From Roseibacillus sp. (GTDB lineage Bacteria; Verrucomicrobiota; Verrucomicrobiia; Verrucomicrobiales; Akkermansiaceae), in the NCBI GenBank assembly GCA_051251855.1, contig JBPOGI010000003.1:384001-448000 (forward strand): 64,000 nt of DNA, given 5' to 3'. The notes beneath the pieces are model-generated. The model worked only from the letters and a program-made list of their open reading frames with translations. It searched no databases and had not been told where the DNA came from. This document shows positions 59,920 through 64,000 of the stretch, piece by piece. Positions within the stretch are counted from its first letter, which is position 1. Every line of letters starts with the position of its first letter. The position numbers were made by a program, and so were the translations under genes.

Positions 59920-61263
59920 TTATGACGAGGGGTGAACCCAGGGTCCACGATAGGGGCGGGCCATTTTTTGATTGGCTTCCGGATCGTCGGTGAGCTCACG
60001 CTTGGTGTAGTCCCAATGTAGGCCGCGTTCGAGGTCCATGGCCATGTTGCCTAGGATACAGGAGCCGCTGGAGATGTGTCCTTCTTCGATATCCATCATG
60101 GGGCGCTCGCGGGTTTCGATACACTTCAAGAAATCGCGCATCAAGGTGCGGATCCCCGGAGACATTTTTGGTTCTCCTACTCCTGGAAGTTTGTCGTCTG
60201 GGTATTCCTCAAGTTCGGTGAGGGCTTCTCCACCCATCGTCTTTTGCCCTCGCTCATGAGGAACGAAGTCCCACTTGTGCACGCTGCCCTTCAAGGTTCC
60301 TTTTTCACCGTAGATGAAAAAGGCCCAAGGATACTCAGGATCGGGGGCGGTGCCGTAGGCTCTGTGATTCCAGACCACATTGAGGTCGTCGAATTCAAAG
60401 GTTGCGGTTTGGGTATCCGCGATATTAGGGGTCGCGTTTTTGTGTACAAAGGTGCCTCCTGTTGAATGGATTGATTTGGGGGCGTTGAGGCTCAACATCC
60501 ATCGCACCGTGTCTAACATGTGAACGCCCATGTCTCCCAAGATACCGTTTCCGTATTCCATAAACCCTCGCCAGCTTTTGGAGTGGATGAGGTTGTTGTA
60601 GGGGCGCATTGGAGCGGGTCCAGTCCACATTTCGAAATCAAGATGTTCGGGTGGGGAGCTCTCCGGAGCAGTGCGATGACGTCCCATGCCATGGTAGCAG
60701 CAAATCTCGACTTGACCGATTTTTCCTAAGAGACCTTCGTCGATGACCTTTGACTTGGCTTCCATCAGGTGGGGTGTCCCTCGACGTTGCAGGCCGACCT
60801 GGACCACGCGTTGATGTTGTCGCGCGGTATCTAACATGGTGTAGCCTTCCGCTAGATCCACGCCAATAGGTTTCTGAACCCAAACATCGGCTCCCGCCTC
60901 CATTGCCGCAATGGCGGGAAGGGCGTGCCAGTGGTCGGGGGTATCGACGAGAATGATATCGAAGGCTTCTTTGGCAAACATGTCGCGGTAGTCACTAAAG
61001 AGGAGGGGCGTTTTTCGAGAGACTTGTTTGGAAGCCACGAGTTCACCAGCTTCACTGAGCATGCGGGAATCGACGTCGCAAAGACCCACCACTTCGACGG
61101 GGGCGACTTGAATCAGGCGCATCAGGTCCACTTTGCCATACCAACCCGATCCGATGAGGCCGACCCTCTTCGCCGCTCCGACTTCTTGAGCGGCGGCGGA
61201 ATCCCATCCCAATCCCAGCAACCCAGTAGCGCCTGCTTTCTTTAGAAAATCTCTCCGTTCCAT
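59920..61263 (-). CDS. Tat-exported Gfo/Idh/MocA-family oxidoreductase
   Basis: MERRDFLKK Tat motif, GLIGSGWYG, TPDHWHA, VQKP, QVGLQRR and DMGVHMLD. Confidence 0.92.
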   Translation of the reverse strand: MERRDFLKKAGATGLLGLGWDSAAAQEVGAAKRVGLIGSGWYGKVDLMRLIQVAPVEVVGLCDVDSRMLSEAGELVASKQVSRKTPLLFSDYRDMFAKEAFDIILVDTPDHWHALPAIAAMEAGADVWVQKPIGVDLAEGYTMLDTARQHQRVVQVGLQRRGTPHLMEAKSKVIDEGLLGKIGQVEICCYHGMGRHRTAPESSPPEHLDFEMWTGPAPMRPYNNLIHSKSWRGFMEYGNGILGDMGVHMLDTVRWMLSLNAPKSIHSTGGTFVHKNATPNIADTQTATFEFDDLNVVWNHRAYGTAPDPEYPWAFFIYGEKGTLKGSVHKWDFVPHERGQKTMGGEALTELEEYPDDKLPGVGEPKMSPGIRTLMRDFLKCIETRERPMMDIEEGHISSGSCILGNMAMDLERGLHWDYTKRELTDDPEANQKMARPYRGPWVHPSS

Positions 61264-61369
61264 CACCCCTAGAAATGAATGAATCCGCCGCCTGAGGCAA
61301 CGCTCAAAACATCGACTTTGCTTAAGAGCCCACAAGCACGCTTGAGTTCGTCGGTGGCCTAGGGGGCGA

Positions 61370-62500
61370 TTATCGAAAGCCGATGAGCTCGGCGGCGACT
61401 TCGTCACAGGTTTCGAAAGCACTTTCGGGAGCGGCGTTGGTGGTGACGAGAATGGCTTTTCCGCGTCCGGGCATGATCCAGAGGAGGGCATACCACATGG
61501 TGTTAGAGCCTGTCATTTGGAGGGCGTGGCCGCCAAACTGCTTTTGGTCGTGGACGATCCAGCCTCCCACTCCGTGGAGGCCACTGTTTTCGAGAGTGGA
61601 GTTGAGCTTGTCGAAGGACTCGGCCTTTTTGAGAACTTTACCGGGTTTGCGTTCGAGGTGGAAATGGGCGAATTTGGCCCAGTCGCCTATAGAGGCGTGA
61701 ACGGTGCCGGCTGGTCCAACGGCATCGGGGTTGTCCGCGTCGGGACCGGGTTCGATGGCTTTTTTTCCCTGATGACCCCAGGGTTGGTCAACTTTGTCTT
61801 TGGTTCCGGGTGCACGAAAGCCGGCGCTTTTCATATCAAGGGGTTCGAACACTCGCTCGCGCAGAAGGTCTTCCCAAGGCTTCCCGGCGAGGGTTTCCAA
61901 GATGACTCCGACGACGGCGTAGCCTTGGTTGGAGTATTCGGTCTTGGAATTGGGTTCGTAGTCTGGTTTTTCTTTCAGGAGGGCTTTGACGAAGTTGAGT
62001 CTCTGTTCGCTGGCAGGAATGCGACCTTGGTCCTGAAAGGCTTTTCGCCAAATGTTGGGTGGGCAATTGGTCTTGAGGCCTCCCACGTGGGCGAGGAGTT
62101 GTTCGACGGTGACTTCGCGAAAGTCGCGGTGAATACGCATCTTGTTTTTGAGGGCATCCGAGATCGTGGTGTCCCATTCGAGGATTCCGTCTTCTATCAG
62201 AGCTGCAGTTAAAGTGGCGGTCATGGGCTTGGTGCAGGAGCCGAGGTGAAATTTGTCGTCGATGGTCACCGGAGTTTTGTCGCCGAGCTTTCGGAGGCCC
62301 ACGGCGCCAGCGGCTTTGAGTCTATCGTCATCGACTAAGGCGGCGGCTAGTGAAGGGAGTTTCGACTTATCAAGAATGGGCTGGAGGAGGGGGCCCAAGT
62401 CGATGGGTTTTTCGAGTGGTTCGGCCAGGACGGGATGGGCGATGAAGACTTGAGCAAAGATTGCGAAAGTGAGGATTTTAGCCATTTGGGAGGTTCTCAT
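61370..62500 (-). CDS. Serine hydrolase (beta-lactamase class C / PBP-like)
   Basis: FHLGSCTK (SxxK), LLAH..G, YSN and GPAG; signal peptide. Confidence 0.9.
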   Translation of the reverse strand: MRTSQMAKILTFAIFAQVFIAHPVLAEPLEKPIDLGPLLQPILDKSKLPSLAAALVDDDRLKAAGAVGLRKLGDKTPVTIDDKFHLGSCTKPMTATLTAALIEDGILEWDTTISDALKNKMRIHRDFREVTVEQLLAHVGGLKTNCPPNIWRKAFQDQGRIPASEQRLNFVKALLKEKPDYEPNSKTEYSNQGYAVVGVILETLAGKPWEDLLRERVFEPLDMKSAGFRAPGTKDKVDQPWGHQGKKAIEPGPDADNPDAVGPAGTVHASIGDWAKFAHFHLERKPGKVLKKAESFDKLNSTLENSGLHGVGGWIVHDQKQFGGHALQMTGSNTMWYALLWIMPGRGKAILVTTNAAPESAFETCDEVAAELIGFR

Positions 62501-62553
62501 TTACTCGGAGTCCTCGCAACTTTGTAATACCTTTTTCTGAAAAGGCGCGTAAA

Positions 62554-63324
62554 GTGATACTTGTGAAGCCGGAATCCGATCCTTTGGCGGGTCATCTCAT
62601 CGCCACCCTGAAAGACCTGCTACGTCAGCGTCAGATCAATTATCAACGAATTGCTGATGCGATGGATTTGTCCCTGCCGTCGGTTAAGCGCATGTTGAAC
62701 AAGACGAACCTCCCCTTGGACCGCTTGCTGGGTATCTGCCGCTTGGCGGGAATCGAGCCTGCTGATTTGTTCGAGGCCGCGCAGAGGAATCAGCCACAGC
62801 ACACTCTTTTTACGAAAGAGCAGGATGACCTTTTTTTCGAGCGGCCAGAGTATCTGGGTTACTTCATGAGGCTTGCGATTGAGGGGGAGTCGCCCGACCA
62901 AATTGCGGTTTCGGAAGGGCTTTCGTCGCTTTCAACGGCTCGGTATTTGCAGGGGTTAGAAAAGGTGGGACTTTTGGAAAGAGAGACGGGGGAGAAGGTT
63001 CGTTTGAGCATATCGCCACCTTTTGGATTTGGGGTGGAAAGCAGAGTTCTTAGGACTCGGCATGCAGCGTTTGTGAGCGAGACGGTAGAGGCGGTTCTTT
63101 CTCCCAATTCCAAAGATGTCTTTGCTCTGCTGAAACCATTGCGACTGCGGAAGGAATCATTTTCGGAGATGTTAGGCGAGCTGAGAAAGACTGTGGATAA
63201 ATATTCCTTTCTCTCTGAGAGTCCGACCTCGCAAGCCGAAGGACGCAAAGAGTGGCGACTCAGTGTGGTGGGCGGTCCTTCGGCCACTGGTCATGAGGAA
63301 GCGGCGATTGTGGAGTTGGACTAG
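62554..63324 (+). CDS. XRE/Cro-type HTH transcriptional regulator
   Basis: LKDLLRQRQINYQRIADAMDLSLPSVKRML..LDRL..IC N-terminal HTH and 'FTKEQD'; start uncertain. Confidence 0.8.
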   Translation: MILVKPESDPLAGHLIATLKDLLRQRQINYQRIADAMDLSLPSVKRMLNKTNLPLDRLLGICRLAGIEPADLFEAAQRNQPQHTLFTKEQDDLFFERPEYLGYFMRLAIEGESPDQIAVSEGLSSLSTARYLQGLEKVGLLERETGEKVRLSISPPFGFGVESRVLRTRHAAFVSETVEAVLSPNSKDVFALLKPLRLRKESFSEMLGELRKTVDKYSFLSESPTSQAEGRKEWRLSVVGGPSATGHEEAAIVELD

Positions 63325-63457
63325 GACTTCTGAAGCGACGCACATAGATCTGATTTGGAAGGCTTCAGAAAAGGGGGAGTTGAAAGTGTTTGAATTCAAA
63401 AGCTGAACTCGGATTCTCGTTCTTGCGTCCTGTTAACGAGCAGGTTATTAGTGAGGG

Positions 63458-64000
63458 ATGGGGAAAAGACTTCTGCTACTGGTTCTCTTTGCTGCGTTCG
63501 TGGTCGGATGCCGTAAGAAAGAAGAATCGCGTGCTACAGGCGGTAATACTGGCGTTGCTAAAAGTGAACGTCAAATGGCACGCTCCTTTGATCCCGTCTA
63601 TCGTGATCTCACCGAGCCGAACAGTGGGGTCGAGACTCAGAAAGAGAAAACGGAAACAACCGTTCTTGGATCCGCAACCAAGGGAAGGGAGATGGGACTC
63701 GCCCAGGACATCTTCAAAATGGAACCCAGTGTGGCCCGTAATCTCGCCATGACTCAACTGTTTAGCCAGTGGATCGAGAGCGACACCGATGCCGCAATGA
63801 CCTTTGGGCTAACTGTCTACGATGATGTCGATATGAAGCGCGCTTTTCACCAAGGAATCGCTCCCTATCTCTCAGAGCACCGACCAGAGCGATTGCTTGA
63901 GATCATTAGCAACGGCAATTTTTGGGAAGGTCAATGGCGCGAAGAACGGGCGGCGTTGCACCGGGTGGCAAGAAAAGACTTCGCTGCCGCAGCCGAGTTC
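63458..64000 (+). CDS. Hypothetical lipoprotein with a helical-repeat motif, truncated at the window end
   Basis: Absent from the ORF track. MGKRLLLLVLFAAFVVGC lipobox, frame open to 64000, 'WIESDTDAAM' motif. Confidence 0.75.
   Translation, partial: MGKRLLLLVLFAAFVVGCRKKEESRATGGNTGVAKSERQMARSFDPVYRDLTEPNSGVETQKEKTETTVLGSATKGREMGLAQDIFKMEPSVARNLAMTQLFSQWIESDTDAAMTFGLTVYDDVDMKRAFHQGIAPYLSEHRPERLLEIISNGNFWEGQWREERAALHRVARKDFAAAAEF

Overview
Bacterial genomic window, most likely from a PVC-superphylum (Verrucomicrobia-like) organism. This is inferred from planctomycete-type cytochrome c proteins, DUF1552/DUF1588-like genes, a PEP-CTERM protein, a lamin-tail/CotH protein and several sulfatases. 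It contains moaC, a mobA-moaD fusion, moaE, a MoxR-DUF58-BatA operon, tRNA-Leu(CAA), ychF, tkt, yidD-yidC, an ECF sigma/ChrR-like anti-sigma pair, a FadL-like porin, GH30, GH3, a TRAP transporter, two sulfatases, an OmpR-type two-component system and many secreted proteins. The most striking unexplained structure is a palindromic element present three times, built on a conserved 43-bp inverted-repeat core (consensus GAGGCCTTGAAAAACCAAATGTTCAAAAACTCAAAAACCAAAG). One copy brackets a four-helix-bundle (23S rRNA IVS-type) gene inserted inside the MoxR operon. Two gene-less copies with related ~105-113 bp spacers lie elsewhere. No transposase is visible, so this is a candidate undescribed mobile or RNA-processing element. 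Also notable are a CHRD/PEP-CTERM gene split by one in-frame TAG, candidate OmpR-type boxes and a candidate new glycoside hydrolase coupled to a sulfatase. All family assignments are motif recognition by eye; no database searches were run.
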